A stretch of 64,000 nucleotides of DNA from Octopus vulgaris (Eukaryota): assembly GCA_951406725.2 (NCBI GenBank), contig OX597818.1, positions 73,532,001 through 73,596,000 on the forward strand. Reading direction: 5' to 3'. The notes under the pieces are model-generated. The model was not told the origin of the DNA and ran no database searches. It saw nothing but the letters and a program-made list of their open reading frames with translations. Within the stretch, counting starts at the first letter, position 1, and the number at the start of each line of letters is the position of its first letter. This document shows positions 11,381-26,138 of this stretch, piece by piece. A program made the position numbers and the translations under genes.

Positions 11381-12925
11381 GTTTTTTTTTGCAATAGGTT
11401 GGTATATTTGCAGAATTTAATTTTCCTAATAAGCTCGAAAAGGTCTTTCTCGAAGGCTTCTAATTCCGGAATCGGTGGCGGGTTTCTGGGAGATTTAAAT
11501 CCATATTTGTTTCCTTCTATTTTCTGTTTATTATCAAAGAAGAAGGCTTTCCATCTCAGTCTTCTAATAAACTCTTCCGTTTTCTCTATAAGACCTTTGA
11601 TATATTGTTTCCGTGCAGGGATAGGTATATTTTTCTGAGAAAAATCCAGCGGGTAAAGTTCCATCTTTTTCACACATTTCGACATTATTGACTTTTACCC
11701 GTCGATATCTAGGACGTTGCTCCTAAGGGCATTGGACTTCGCCAAGCAGTATGTCAACATCGATAGCTCGGAAATTGAAATTATTATGCATGCGAGGAAA
11801 TCGCTTCTGTTTTTCGAGGATTCCACCTGGATTAAGAAGACTGAGGATTCTCTTTTCGATGTACCGATGGGGGCACACGACGGGGCTGAATTATGTATGC
11901 TTATAGGAGCCTTTATTCTCCATAATCTAAAAATAGAATTCCCATTTATAGATGCAGGTTTATATAGGGATGACGGCCTTATAGCCACGCATAATCTAAA
12001 CGGCCATGAATCAGATAGACTTAGGAAGGACCTTATAGCTTTCTTTCAAAGGATGGGCTTACGGATTACGATAGATGCTAACCTGAATAGTGTAGATTTT
12101 TTAGACGTAAATTTTAATGTAAGATCGGATAGATTTAAACCTTTCCGTAAGCCCAATGAAAAGCTATCGTATATTAGCAAAGATTCGAACCATCCACCAG
12201 TTATCCTTAGCAACTTAGTCAGCAATGTAGGTAGAAGAATATCTTCAATTTCTTCGGACGAGGCAGCATTCCATAATGCTGCACCTTATTACGATAGCGC
12301 ATTAAAGAATAGTGGATTCTCGGAGAAGATCCAGTTCAACCAGCTTAATGCTAATAATAATGCTGCACGAAGAACTAGGACCAGGAAAGTTTTGTGGTTC
12401 AACCCGGCTTTCAATTTGGCCGTAAAGACTAATATAGGTAAGGAATTTTTGAGATTAGTCTCTAAGCATTTTAAGCAGGGTCATAAATTCTACAGAATAT
12501 TTAATAGAAGAACCCTGAAGGTTAGCTATTCTTGTTGCAGAAATTTCGCCTCTTACATTAGCCAACATAATAGGAAGCTAATTGAGATTAGACATGGTGC
12601 CGAGCCCATTAAGAAATGTAATTGCAAAAACAAAAGCTCCTGTCCGTTAGAAGGGAAATGTCTAGTGAAAGGAGTAGTTTATAGAGCCAAGGTGCAAGTG
12701 GAAGGCTCATCGGAATACAAGTCATACACAGGGGCTTCAAATTCATTTAAAACAAGATTTTATTCTCATAAGAATTCTTTTAAATACCCAGAGAATAGGA
12801 AGAAAACCAGCCTAGCAAAACAGATTTTGTTGAATTTTCTGCTGCTTAAAATAAAGCATATTACTCTACCACTGTTATTTGAGTACTCTTTTTTCCACCT
12901 TGTTTCACATTTATGTGTTTACTCC

Positions 12926-12928
<3 letters not shown>
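9737..12928. mobile_element. Penelope-like retroelement insertion in (TA)n with inverted architecture (possibly Hydra clade)
   Basis: Both ends abut (TA)n, and a near-full ORF is paired with an inverted 5'-truncated copy, as is typical of PLEs. The clade is inferred from the DKT, YRDD and CxCx5C motifs. Confidence 0.9.
11377..11664 (-). CDS. N-terminal part of the same PLE ORF, split by a frameshift in an A9 run
   Basis: MELYPLDFSQKNIPIP..IEKTEEFIRRLRWKAFFF..YGFKSPRNPPPIPELEAFEKDL joins the next ORF at the T-run 11382-11390. ATG at 11664. Confidence 0.85.
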   Translation of the reverse strand: MELYPLDFSQKNIPIPARKQYIKGLIEKTEEFIRRLRWKAFFFDNKQKIEGNKYGFKSPRNPPPIPELEAFEKDLFELIRKIKFCKYTNLLQKKT

Positions 12929-12973
<45 letters not shown>

Positions 12974-12988
12974 ACTGTGGATAGATAG
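11717..12988 (+). CDS. Inverted, 5'-truncated second copy of the PLE RT/endonuclease ORF
   Basis: 11678-12856 is the reverse complement of 9737-10918 with a few substitutions (GAYDG to GAHDG) and one 3-bp deletion. It truncates at the same SLAKQILLNF point. Confidence 0.9.
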
Positions 12989-13245
12989 ATGTGTGTGTGT
13001 CTGTGTTTTTGTGGGCGAGTTGTATGATTTGTATGTCTCGGTGTGTGAGACACACACATAAAGATATTTATCTGTGTATAATGTTTGTGCTTGCACACGC
13101 ATATTTTAGTGTGAAATGAAGTAAGTTCGCCAATATGTTCTATAAATAAATATTTGTAAATCTAAAATTGGTTTGGCTCTATATGTATTTTGAACATATA
13201 TGATCGTCTTCTTTGGCAAGCTTTATATAGAAGCATACATACGTT

Positions 13246-13333
<88 letters not shown>

Positions 13334-13977
13334 TTTATATGCACTCATAAGCATATGCATGCACACACACACACACATATATATATGTATTTATATGCAT
13401 AACCATGCATACACACACATGTTATATAAATTGCACTCATACGTACATACACATCTGCAGATATGAACAAATGGCAAGTTGCCCTTAGAAAACAATATGA
13501 AAGCTCCTCTTCCAATAGCAGCTACTCCAGTACTGTCAACAACATTAACCTTTTACTACCACCACCAACTTCACAGGCACCACCGTTACAACTACATTCA
13601 TTACAAGTACTACCTAACTGATACACACAACTACAGCCAGATCACAACCCAACAGAAGACAAATAAAATCATTATTAACTACACTGCTATAATTATAACC
13701 AATAAGTTCTAATGAACTACATACATGAAACTTTTTTAATTACCGAAAAGAACTACATAATATCAGTTAGCCTCATCAAAAAAACATTCAAATATCACAG
13801 CATATATGCGTTATTAAACTCCGAAAAGTAAATTTCAGAATTTTATAAATAAAAGACCATGCAAAAGCTGCTACTAGAAATAACCTCAGTCAGCCGGAGG
13901 GACAAAATAGCTACACCTCAGCATGAATTGGCTAAGTCACCTACTTCTCTCTTGTTAATCATGGACTGGAGAAGCTG

Positions 13978-14750
13978 TGTAAATGCCTGGAGTTAACTTG
14001 GAAATAGGGTCACCAGCTTAAAGCCGTCATGTGCCTAGATGTAGATGTGATAGCAATTATTGAGATCAGAGTTTCCAATCTAAAAGCCTTTGTGCCCCTT
14101 ATTAGAGGATACGAAATTTATGTATCTCTAACTGGACTAGGATTGGGAGTCTAGGTAGTTGTGTTGATTGGCAAATTTCTCTATCTCACAATATGTACCA
14201 CTTTTCTAAACGCAGGCTGATGGCCCTGTATGTAAACATGAGCAAGATAAATAGGAACTGTCGGATATGTAGCTAATTAGGCTCCATTCACGCATATTAT
14301 TGTTAGCAATCTTAGATATATGTCTAGATTTTATAGGATTAGCTGATAGGAAAGGGCCGTGTAAAAACCTCGCAGACTTGCTCAGATATTTACAACACAT
14401 TGACTTGGTACCGTCTTGATATTCCGAATATGAAATTTGACATTGTGTATGTTAACAAATCTTATCGAGTCATCTAGGTCGTACCTAGAGAGTGTATGTT
14501 AGTAGATGACGATAGCATCGGTTGCTCATGTTTTAAATCTTCTGCAGTGACCCGGTTAGTGGAAGGTTACCGCATCACTCACTCTGTGTCATGCTTACTG
14601 ATACCGGGTAAGTGAATTAGTTACACAGGTGCTGATAGGGTAAATCGTCAACAACACATCGTGGTTCGCACTCAAAAGGTAAGTTAGAGTAAAACCATTA
14701 GGTTTAATAAGATCGTAGCGATAAAGAAAAAAGTGGAACGCAGGGTGGCT
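13978..14750 (+). pseudogene. Degenerate AP-endonuclease region of a LINE (L1/Tx1-like ORF2)
   Basis: Remnants VNAW..LDVDVIAIIEIRV..GYEIYVSL.GLG.G..VVLIGK and SSRSYLERVYV resemble APE motifs, with many stops. Confidence 0.45.
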
Positions 14751-15520
14751 TAGAAACAACCTGAAGTTGTTCTAAAATAGTTGCGCTACTACATGTCTCT
14801 CTCTCACTCTTTTTCTCTCTTCCTCTCTATTATCTCTCTTTCTGCCACATCATTTACAAGTTAAATCGACTTACAGTAAAGACGAACAGAACTATTAAAA
14901 TATTCATTGTATGTTTTATATGACACAGGTTACAACTTCTTCAATAGAAAGTATTGCATAATAGTGACTAGAACCTAAGTTTCAAATGATTGTTATGTAA
15001 ATTAAAACTGACATGTCGCCAATTGTTAAGATCCATTTCACAGTTGTAGCACATCGAATCAATAACTTATAAATCCACTATTCTGTTACCTTATTTCGTA
15101 TTATATTCCATTGCATCCATTTGGCATAACTTACTCAAAGTTGCATGATTTCCCTCATCAACCAATCACATATTTATTCACATCTTATTTTTTTCTTCGT
15201 AGTACTACTGTTTTCTTTTTGTGAAAGAAAACGACATCATGTTATTGCTGGTGTAAAACTTTTATAATCTTCCATAATTTCTTCTCACAAATAATGAAGT
15301 GATAAATGCCCGTGCTCTAGGCTTTCATTTTAACTGGGAAAAATGTGTAGGGTTAGAGCCGGGAATCTAATGTGTTGCGTTGATTATCATCAATAATTTG
15401 CATTTGGGCAACTTTTGCAAGGAAGCTGTGTGCATGCGAGTAAGGCGTAGCTGTGTGGTAAGAAGTTGGCTCCCCCAAAACACACATACACACACACGCA
15501 CACAGACTGACAGACATACG

Positions 15521-15642
<122 letters not shown>

Positions 15643-15895
15643 CGTGTGTGTTTTTGTGTTTGATTTTATCTCCCACCACCGCTTCACAACTGGTGCTGTT
15701 GTGTTTATGTACACGTCACTATGCTGTACGGCTTAAGAGACTGACACAAAGTATACTAGGTTTACAACAAAAATAAGCCTTGGAGTCGATTTGTTAGACT
15801 ACCCCCTCAAAATGGTTGACCCAGCATGGCCGCACTCAAATGACTGAAGAAAGTAAAAGGTAAAAAGGTATATATATATATATATATATATAATA

Positions 15896-17177
15896 TCAGG
15901 TTATCCCATAAGTTCTGTCCGAATTTTGAATAAAGAAAACAAGAGATCAAATGTTATATTTAATTTAAATTTAATCATCAATGTACTTTCCCCTGATTAT
16001 CTATGACTTCCTTCCATCTATTTACAAGCTTTTTAATCCCATCAATGTAAAATTCTTTTGGTTTCAAAACGAAGTACTCTGAAATGTCAGTTTCGATCTC
16101 CTCCTGGCTTGCGAAATTTATGTACCACGAATGATTCTGTAAACTACGAAACAAATGCTAGTCTGAAGGAGCAAGGTCAGGAGAAAAAGGTGACTGAGGA
16201 TATATTTCCCAACCAAACTCGTCGATCTTCAGTGATGTGATCTTTACAGTGTGGGGTCGCGCATTGTTCTGATGAAGCATCATTCCTTTTCGATTCACAT
16301 AGGCGAGTCTTTTTTTTTCTTCAAAGCTTGTTTCAAACGCTCTAATTGCTGACTGTAGACTTGAGTATTGATTGTTGCATTAGGTGATACCAATTCAAAG
16401 TGAATTGCACCTTTGCAATCCCACCAGATTGAGAGAACTTTTTTCTGTGAAGTTCCTTTCTCGGTTGTGATTGAGGTTTTTCGCTTTTACAAAGACACTG
16501 TTTAAGACTTTTAACATTTCGATAGAAAATCTATTTTTCGTCACCAGTCACAAGTCTATCCAAAAAGGGTGAAATGAGTTCGCGAGAAAAAGCAGATGTC
16601 AACTCGTGATTTGCGGTTGCTTTCGGGCATTTCATGAGTCACCCATTTTCCAAGTTAATTAACCTTTCCAAGTTTTCGAAGATAAGGATGAACAGTTGTA
16701 TGGTTTGAACTAAGCTTTATTGCCAATTCTTCAACTGATAATGCAGAATTTTCTTCAAGTAATACCTCAAGGAGCTTGTCATCAAACTCAACTGGAAGTC
16801 CTGTTCGATCTTCACCTTCAAGGCTGAAATCTCCACTTCTGAATTTTGCAAACCATCTTTTCTGCAAGTTCTTTCATTCAAGCATTCTTTCCCATAGGCT
16901 GAGTGTATGTTTCGAGTTACTTCGGCTGCAGAGTTTCCTTTTTTGTACTCATGAATCATAATGTGGCTTAAATGCTCTTTCGATACTCACATGTTAGAAA
17001 GAGTTTTAATCAAAGAAATTTTAATTCTATTATTCTGTAAAATAATATTTAATTAGTTTAAATGTACACAAATGCATTAAAATAATTTTTAATTCCCCAT
17101 TAGACATTCTAAAATACTATTAAATTTCATTCAATTTTAAAAAGGTAAAACCGGACAGAACTTATGGGTTGACTTTA
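15896..17177 (-). mobile_element. Mariner transposon with defective transposase
   Basis: TIRs tcaggttatcccataagttctgtccg / cggacagaacttatgggttgacttta, with TA on the left. Minus-strand remnants HEYKKGNSAAE, RWFAKFRSGDFSLE, PFLDRLVTGDEK, HQNNARPH and PDLAPSD; frameshifts and stops present. Confidence 0.92.
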
Positions 17178-17181
17178 TCTA

Positions 17182-18762
17182 TCTATATATATAAAACTGA
17201 GAATGTGTGTCTGTCTGTCTGTCTGTCTGTGTGTTTCCCTAAAACTTGAGAACTACACGACAACTTTCATTCAAATTTTACACATGCCTTACTTAGGGTC
17301 CATGTAGTGTCAGGGGCAAAACAAAATTTTCAACTTCTTGCCTAGGGCGAGCCCATAGTAATATCATATCTTCTCCACTATTTCAGTATTACGTGTTAAA
17401 AGTGAAACAAATACATCTCTATTTTATGTCAGATACTTTCACCTTAACAATAAAAATTAGAGATAATGATAATTGAATTATATGTAGTAAGTAATAATTA
17501 AAATCAAACTAAAGTATAATATAATAATTAAATCGTAACATAACAATTAAAACCAAAATTAGCAATTGGTATAAAATTGCATCAATGACTTTAACTTGAA
17601 TAAGTGGTTTCACATGAATAAATTAAAAATAAAGTTAAAGTGCAGAAATGGAATAGTCCAGATGGAGCTGTGCACATACCCTTTACCAAGGCTTTTACGT
17701 TAGATTATCTGCTAATTACCTAGCATTAAGTATCTATATGAGGTTTGGCTGTATGTAATGTCTGTTTTCTCGAACAGACGTTTCTACTGAGTACTGCTGT
17801 TGGTTTATTTCTTATCCATAAAGGACTATAGCTTCAACTGAGTACTGCGTTTTGATTTGTTGTTATTATTATTACTGTTTAACTATTATTATCACGTTTG
17901 TTGGTTCCTCGTATGGGAAGCGTTGTTGTGTTGCATTTGTTAAATAATTGTAAACCGTATTCCACCCCTTTGGGAGAAGGAGCTTTGGTTATTGTTTCAA
18001 AATTGAACTGTGTCCCAGTTTGTGGAAATTGACAATATTTTCACCGTTTATACGGAAGCATTTTTGTTAAAAAGTCTTCGATAGAAGAAAGTCCAAAAAT
18101 GAATTTCGCTGCAGCCGTCGGCGGGCACGAGCTCATTAAAATTAAAATGGAAGAAATACAAACCTATTTCGGATTGATGAGCGACAGAGACGGTGAATCC
18201 AAACGAAATAAAAAATTAAATTAAAGAAAAGACTATTGTCTATAAAGTATAAAATGTAGAGAAAAAAAGATTTGAACACCTGGAGGAAAGCACTATTGAA
18301 AAGTGTCTTGGTGCGACTATGGAAGATATCAAGTATCTAACCAGAGGCGGTAAATTCGCCACAATAGAAGCAAGGTTCACGTCAACGGAGCGTGCAAGGG
18401 AGTACTCGACTCGAACCTTGCAAAGTGGAAATATTTTATTTTACCTTTATATCTGGGACGTAGGATGTCCCGGATAAAGATTAAAAATGTCCCCCCAGAA
18501 GTAGAGGAAGGCTGGATTGTAGCCACACTTCTATACAAGAGGGAGGACAAGATACAATTGATCGAAATTGCAAGAGATGGGCCTACAATTCCAGTCTGTT
18601 ATATATTTTGAGTATTGTTATCACTAGCGATATCAAGATATATATTTTGTATTTTATGTGTAGATGTATATATATAGATGTTCATGTAATATGTACACAT
18701 ATATATACACATATATGCATGCACTAGCACTATGACCCGGCAACGCCGGGCCATAATGCTAG
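17182..18762 (+). mobile_element. Non-autonomous Helitron
   Basis: 5' a|TCtatatatataaaa followed by (gtct)n. 3' hairpin cccggc-aac-gccggg (18736-18750) then CTAG|t. Confidence 0.8.
18220..18590 (+). pseudogene. LINE ORF1-like (L1/Tx1-type RRM) fragment within the Helitron
   Basis: IKEKTIVYKV*NVEKKRFEHLEESTIEKCLG..IKYLTRGGKFATIEARFTSTERARE.. (frameshift ~18440) ..LYLGRRMSRIKIKNVPPEVEEGWIVATLL. Confidence 0.5.
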
Positions 18763-18843
18763 TATATCTATATATATGGCAAATGGAAAACGGAAGATGG
18801 AATATACGAGAATTTATTATTAATCCGGACAATTATTTCCTCA

Positions 18844-19268
18844 TATCTAGCATCGATCCCTTACGAAAGGGACTCTCAACAACTGGTTCAGGAGCATCCG
18901 GCGCTCTAGATGTATCCCGCCCGGTGATAAATAAATATCAATTGTTAAAATTACGATTCCACAATGTAACGTCTCGTTTGTAGAAAGAGAAGCAGCCAGA
19001 TAGATGAAATATCTTCTTTTCTAATACTTTTCTCGTTGGATTGCATGTTCGTTTCTCTTTTATTCCATCTGAGATTTTATTTCTGATATTCTAATAAATG
19101 AAGATATTTCCTCTGCCTGGCTGCTTTTCTTTCTACAAAACGAGAAGTTACATTGCGGAATTGTTATATCAACAAGTTGTATGTATCACCCGACCAGATA
19201 CATCTTCACTGCTAGATGCTTCTGAACCAGTGGCTGAGTGTCTCACGCATGAGGTAAACGACTAGATA
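18844..19268. repeat. Imperfect inverted repeat (arms ~18844-19016 and ~19100-19268)
   Basis: caatgtaacgtctcgtttgtagaaagagaagcagccag pairs with ctggctgcttttctttctacaaaacgagaagttacattg, and actggttcaggagcatc pairs with gatgcttctgaaccagt. Confidence 0.85.
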
Positions 19269-19473
19269 CTATTTTTCTTTCTCTCTTTAATCTTTTCACT
19301 TTTCAAAAAATCTCTCTCCAAGCGATCTATATTTTCCTTTCGTTCGGTTTCTTTGTAATGTTTTCGTTTCTAACGTTGAACGCCCATAGATCCAAAATTT
19401 TATTTTAGAATTTATGGCAGCTCATATTAGGTTCATATTGTTGTTCAAATGCTCGAAATGAGGGATACATATA

Positions 19474-19534
<61 letters not shown>

Positions 19535-19566
19535 ATATACATGCACATATATGTATGTACATATAT

Positions 19567-19615
<49 letters not shown>

Positions 19616-20325
19616 TATGTGTGTGTGTGTGTGGGTGTGTGGGTGTGTATATATATATGTATATATATATATGTATGTATATACATATATATACACACAC
19701 ACACACACACAAACAATTTTATGTATTTTTATTGATATCTAGCATTCCATTGCGCGACTTGGTGTGTGATAAGAGCTTTTTTGTTATGATTGGATCATAT
19801 GGTCTCTTATGTTTGTTTATGGATGTTTAACATTTGGTCCATAATAGTTTATGACCCTTTTATTGGGTGGCATCTTTGGAAATGGGTTAAAATATCACTT
19901 TTAACCTAATAAGCTGCGACTATTTACTTTATTAAAAATTATTGCTCGGTATAAGTACATTAGTGATGTACGTCTGTATGGGTTTGATTGTATGAATTGC
20001 GAGCAAAGTGTGTTTTAATTAGTTTGCAAATACTTTTGTATATTTACTCGTGTGAGTGAGTGTGTGTGTATGTGTGAGCATGTATGAGTGTGTGTAAGTG
20101 TGTGTGTCAGTGTGTATGCGTTTAGCAAAAGATTAAATATATGGATTCATTTTTGTAGCCATAAGTTTAAATTATGTCGGACTAATGTGAGCGTAAATTT
20201 ATAGTACGTGAGAAGAATGGATTGATATTTGCTTCGAATCAAAGTTTCGGACTATGTGATATATACATATATATATACATGAGTGTGCGTGCGTTTGCGT
20301 GTTGTATTTATGCATGTATACATAC

Positions 20326-20389
<64 letters not shown>

Positions 20390-20392
20390 GTG

Positions 20393-20424
<32 letters not shown>

Positions 20425-21165
20425 TATATATATATTCATTTATATCCATGTATATATATGTATATATTCATATATATCCATGTATATATATATACACATA
20501 TATATACATATATATATTCATATATATACATGCATTCATATATATATATATATATATATATCGAGAGAGAGAAGGTTAGAGAGATATATAGATATCGTTA
20601 TACATAAGCGTATATATCGTACAATTTAATTTAATTATTTGTGCCTCATTGTATAACACTTCAAACCACCTCCGTATAGCGTATTTTTCAGTATTGTATT
20701 TTCATTAGCGGATTTACAATGGTGTAATGGTGTTTCATTAATATTCTTAGCAAATACTAAAAATGAATCCATAACTAAATATATAAATAAAATAAGTAAA
20801 TAAATAAATAAGTAAATAAGTAAATATATCGATCAATGAATGACTTAAGCGAATAACTTTGACAGTTTTCAGGGCTTACTAAAATCCTAGTCGGAAACGA
20901 CGTGTAAATGCATTCCTATAACAAACTGTGTTGAACAGTCTCATTGTGGAAGAATTCAATCAGTCATAATTAATATATGAATAACTTATCAGATCAGAAC
21001 ACTTCAAGAATACTTCTAGCTACAACAATTTCAGAAAACCAAATATATTCTAATTTAATTTGATTGCCTCAGCTTATTGAAGTAGTGTCATGATATGTGA
21101 AATTCTAATCACCATTGATGACTATTAATAGAAATAAAATTTTATAGAACAATTAATAAATCATA

Positions 21166-21262
<97 letters not shown>

Positions 21263-21931
21263 TTCAATTTTTTACTGTATAGCTGCATTATCACTAAGCA
21301 GTGAAGAGGAATAAATGAACTTTAACTTAGCTAAAATATGTTTGTAACATATTTTAACGATGGAGAAAAATTTCTCACTTACGGTAAGCTTAGTAAAAAC
21401 ACCATACCTACTCAGTACTGCTTCTAGTGGATTCCTTTTCGCATTGCTTACTCAATGGGAATCACCAAACAATGATTACCTTGAGTATATTTAGAAGGAA
21501 ATAATATTGTCAAATAATGTAATGACATTTCTTTCAGGGGAGTGGTAATCGTATAGATTGGGGGGAATGTACGAAACGTACACTACTTGCATAGCTCGGA
21601 ATGAATACTTTCATATAGATAATGGAAACATGTGACGGCAAATGTCTAAAGTAATTATTTAAGGGATGTTGAAAACACAGCATTATGAATATCATTTTGT
21701 AAGGAATAGAGCGTAAATGGTAACCTATAAATCACATGGTTCAAGATTATCCCGAGAATTGGATAATACTTCTCGTAGTAAGATAGGAAGTCCGGGGAAG
21801 TAGATTCCTGGTCCTACATGATTGAGAATCATGAAGAGTGACAGAAAGATAATCTATGGATGATGGGTGAACATAAATATATTTAATAGTAAGGCTTATA
21901 AGGATACGTGTAAACACATTGGTGTGTCGAG

Positions 21932-21962
<31 letters not shown>

Positions 21963-23453
21963 GAATGTATATATGTTATATATATATGCATATATAGGCA
22001 TATATATATGCATATATATGCATATATATAAAGAACAAACACACATACGCACACTCGTACATACATGCATATATCTACACACGCACACACACATTGAGTA
22101 ATAGTCTCACTTAGTTCTTTATCTTGCGTTGATTTCTTTGTTACAGAGAATCCACATTAATCAGTTCGGATAACCTAGTACACATGTACATATGCATATG
22201 TACGTATGTATAATTTATATGCAAATATATGTACTCATGTATACCCGCGCGCACACATGCACACACAAACACACTCACAATTGTGTGGGTATCTGTATAT
22301 TATTGGGATACTAATGGACATTACTGTTATGTCAACTCTTAATATCCTGACATACACTGATTATCGGCATCTATTCAATTAATGTTGATGTTTCATTTCT
22401 AATCAATATAAGTTATTACTAGAGTGATGTTATACCACTATCTGATCTTTAATAACTACTTCTAAGTACTAAGTGTTATTAAATATTTAATAACTTTACC
22501 TTGGTTCACATAGGATTTCTGTTACGTACAGATGGAAATAATTTCTTCTAATCTCTGTAATTTCCAAGTTAATCATTATTTCTATAATTCCATTTAATAA
22601 ATTGCGAGGGGAGCGAAAATTGTGCGAGCGTCAGGGATAATCGGATTGGTGAATGACAAGCAACTGCGCATGTACTTCGGCATTCCAAAGACACACATAC
22701 AAACACATGAGCATACATCTGTGCGTGCGCACGCGCGTCTGTGCAAGTGCATGTAAGAATATATATATTTATAAAATTATGCTTATATACCTATGTATGT
22801 ATGTTTGTACATATGTTTGTATATATGTCTCTCACTAAATTTGTATGTATGTGTGTGCGTGCGTGCGTGCGTCTGTGTGTGCGCGCGCGCGTGCGTGTGT
22901 TTGTGTCTGCGTGTAAATATATAACTAGGTGTATCTACTATATGTTAGAAGAATCATTTTAGGCATTTAAACACGAATATTCACAGTTTTTCCATGAAAA
23001 ACATCTAGAAATTCAGCAATCGATTCACTGATATATTTTTAGAGCGACCTTTGATTAACAGCCGAAATATACAAAAGGGTGGATACTAACAAATGAGAAT
23101 TCCTTCTCTCGAGAGGCGTATTGTCCTTCAAAGACCTAATGTACAGAAACATGTCAAATATGTCTGTTTATAGCAATGCTAAAAATGATTTCTTACCCTG
23201 AAATTTTAATTACACTTTAAGGGTTAGACTGACACAAATGGACAGATATTAGAGTAAGATAATATCTGTGCGATAATATCTGTACATAGATACATCTGCT
23301 TTGAGTTAAGAATCCAATATTTCATCATTCTTTATTTAAACTACTAAAAGAAAATTGACCTTCGCACTGTATCCCCGTGTACGTCAGTGCTAACGTGCTT
23401 ACACACACACACACTCACACACACATATGTATGTGTATATATATTTACATAAA

Positions 23454-23508
23454 GGCGCAGAAGTGGCTGTGTGGCAAGTAGCTTGCATACCAACCTTATG
23501 GTTCCGGG

Positions 23509-23512
<4 letters not shown>
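23454..23512 (+). mobile_element. tRNA-derived SINE head truncated by (TA)n
   Basis: ggcgcagaagtggctgtgtggcaagtagcttgcataccaaccttatggttccgggttca has A-box-like and B-box-like motifs; same family as 39982. Confidence 0.7.
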
Positions 23513-23563
<51 letters not shown>

Positions 23564-23769
23564 ATAAAAAACGGTAAAATAAAAAAAGAAAGATATTATG
23601 CAAGTAGAGGAATTTATGTGTAAATGTAATATGTGACAATTATTTGGTGGCCAAGATAAAACTCCTTACTTAGCGGTCATTCGAATAGCTCTTTTGTCTT
23701 AATAGCGGTCAATAACACAGTAATTTCCCTTTGTATAACGGTCGTTTTTTATAGCGTTTCCGATGGCCG

Positions 23770-23830
23770 GATAACTGAAGAGATAGTGGCGTGGATTTCC
23801 ACCTCTGCATCCGAAACTCGGAGTTTTATC
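23770..23830 (+). ncRNA. Minimal hammerhead ribozyme
   Basis: gataa-CTGAAGA-g...gtgga-tt-tccac...c-GAAA-ctc-g-gag-TT-ttatc. Its 3' flank 23820-23866 is inverted at ~23619-23665. Confidence 0.7.
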
Positions 23831-23862
23831 TTTGCTACCGAATAATTGTCACATATTACATT

Positions 23863-23975
<113 letters not shown>

Positions 23976-24052
23976 ACACATAAATATATGCATATTTACA
24001 TACATATATGTTCATACCTACATATATATGTATATATACATGCATATATGGG

Positions 24053-25144
<1,092 letters not shown>

Positions 25145-25236
25145 TATATATAATTATATATGTGTATGTGTGGATGGGTGCGTGTTTGGGTGCGTGTGCA
25201 TATACAGATATATATATACTTGTATAAATAAATCCG

Positions 25237-25267
<31 letters not shown>

Positions 25268-25347
25268 GCATGTATAAAAACATTTTATATCTACACACAT
25301 ACACAAACGTATGCTGCATACATACACACATATATACATACATATGT

Positions 25348-25402
<55 letters not shown>

Positions 25403-25681
25403 TAAATATAATCATATATGTAAATATAGATTTCACATGCATGTACACATTCGTGTATAAATATGTATGTGCATGTGTGTGAGCATATACACATGTGTAT
25501 GCAATTACGTATGGATTCCTAAATTAATGTATTCAATAAACATGGTACACACTATAAAGTCGATTTATCTTTCCTGTAGCAAAAGGCGTCAATGTGTCGT
25601 TTGTGGAAAACTTTGATGTGACGGGAACACTATAATAATTATTGACAGAACAATGTCACCCGAAAATTATTATTATTATGG

Positions 25682-25783
<102 letters not shown>

Positions 25784-26104
25784 GCTGAAACAATAACGGT
25801 GTTTCTTTTGTAATTTATCAGAAATGTGGAGAATGTTTTTCGGTATTAGCATTCCTAATAATTATGCCTTTTCAGTATACACAACTAAATCACCATACAC
25901 TCACGCTGGCTCATAATCACACACGCGTAGATAGAAAAGTGAGGGAAGGTGAGTGATACAGAGAGGGAGAGAGGGGGGGAGAAAGAAATACTATTACAAA
26001 CACTAGCAAATATACTTATATTAACTCATATAAAACCACACATGTATATATGTATCTATAGAAATGCGCAGAATTGTTTGCATACGCACAAACGTGTAAA
26101 TATG

Positions 26105-26138
<34 letters not shown>

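Noticed and set aside
10608-11988. Near-identical 97-aa ORFs at 10608 (+) and 11695 (-), and ORFs at 11046 and 11399
   Set aside because: They are antisense shadows of the PLE RT, duplicated by the inverted repeat.
9662-12988. Selenoprotein-encoding Naiad-type PLE
   Set aside because: The endonuclease is C-terminal and the ORFs contain no in-frame TGA.
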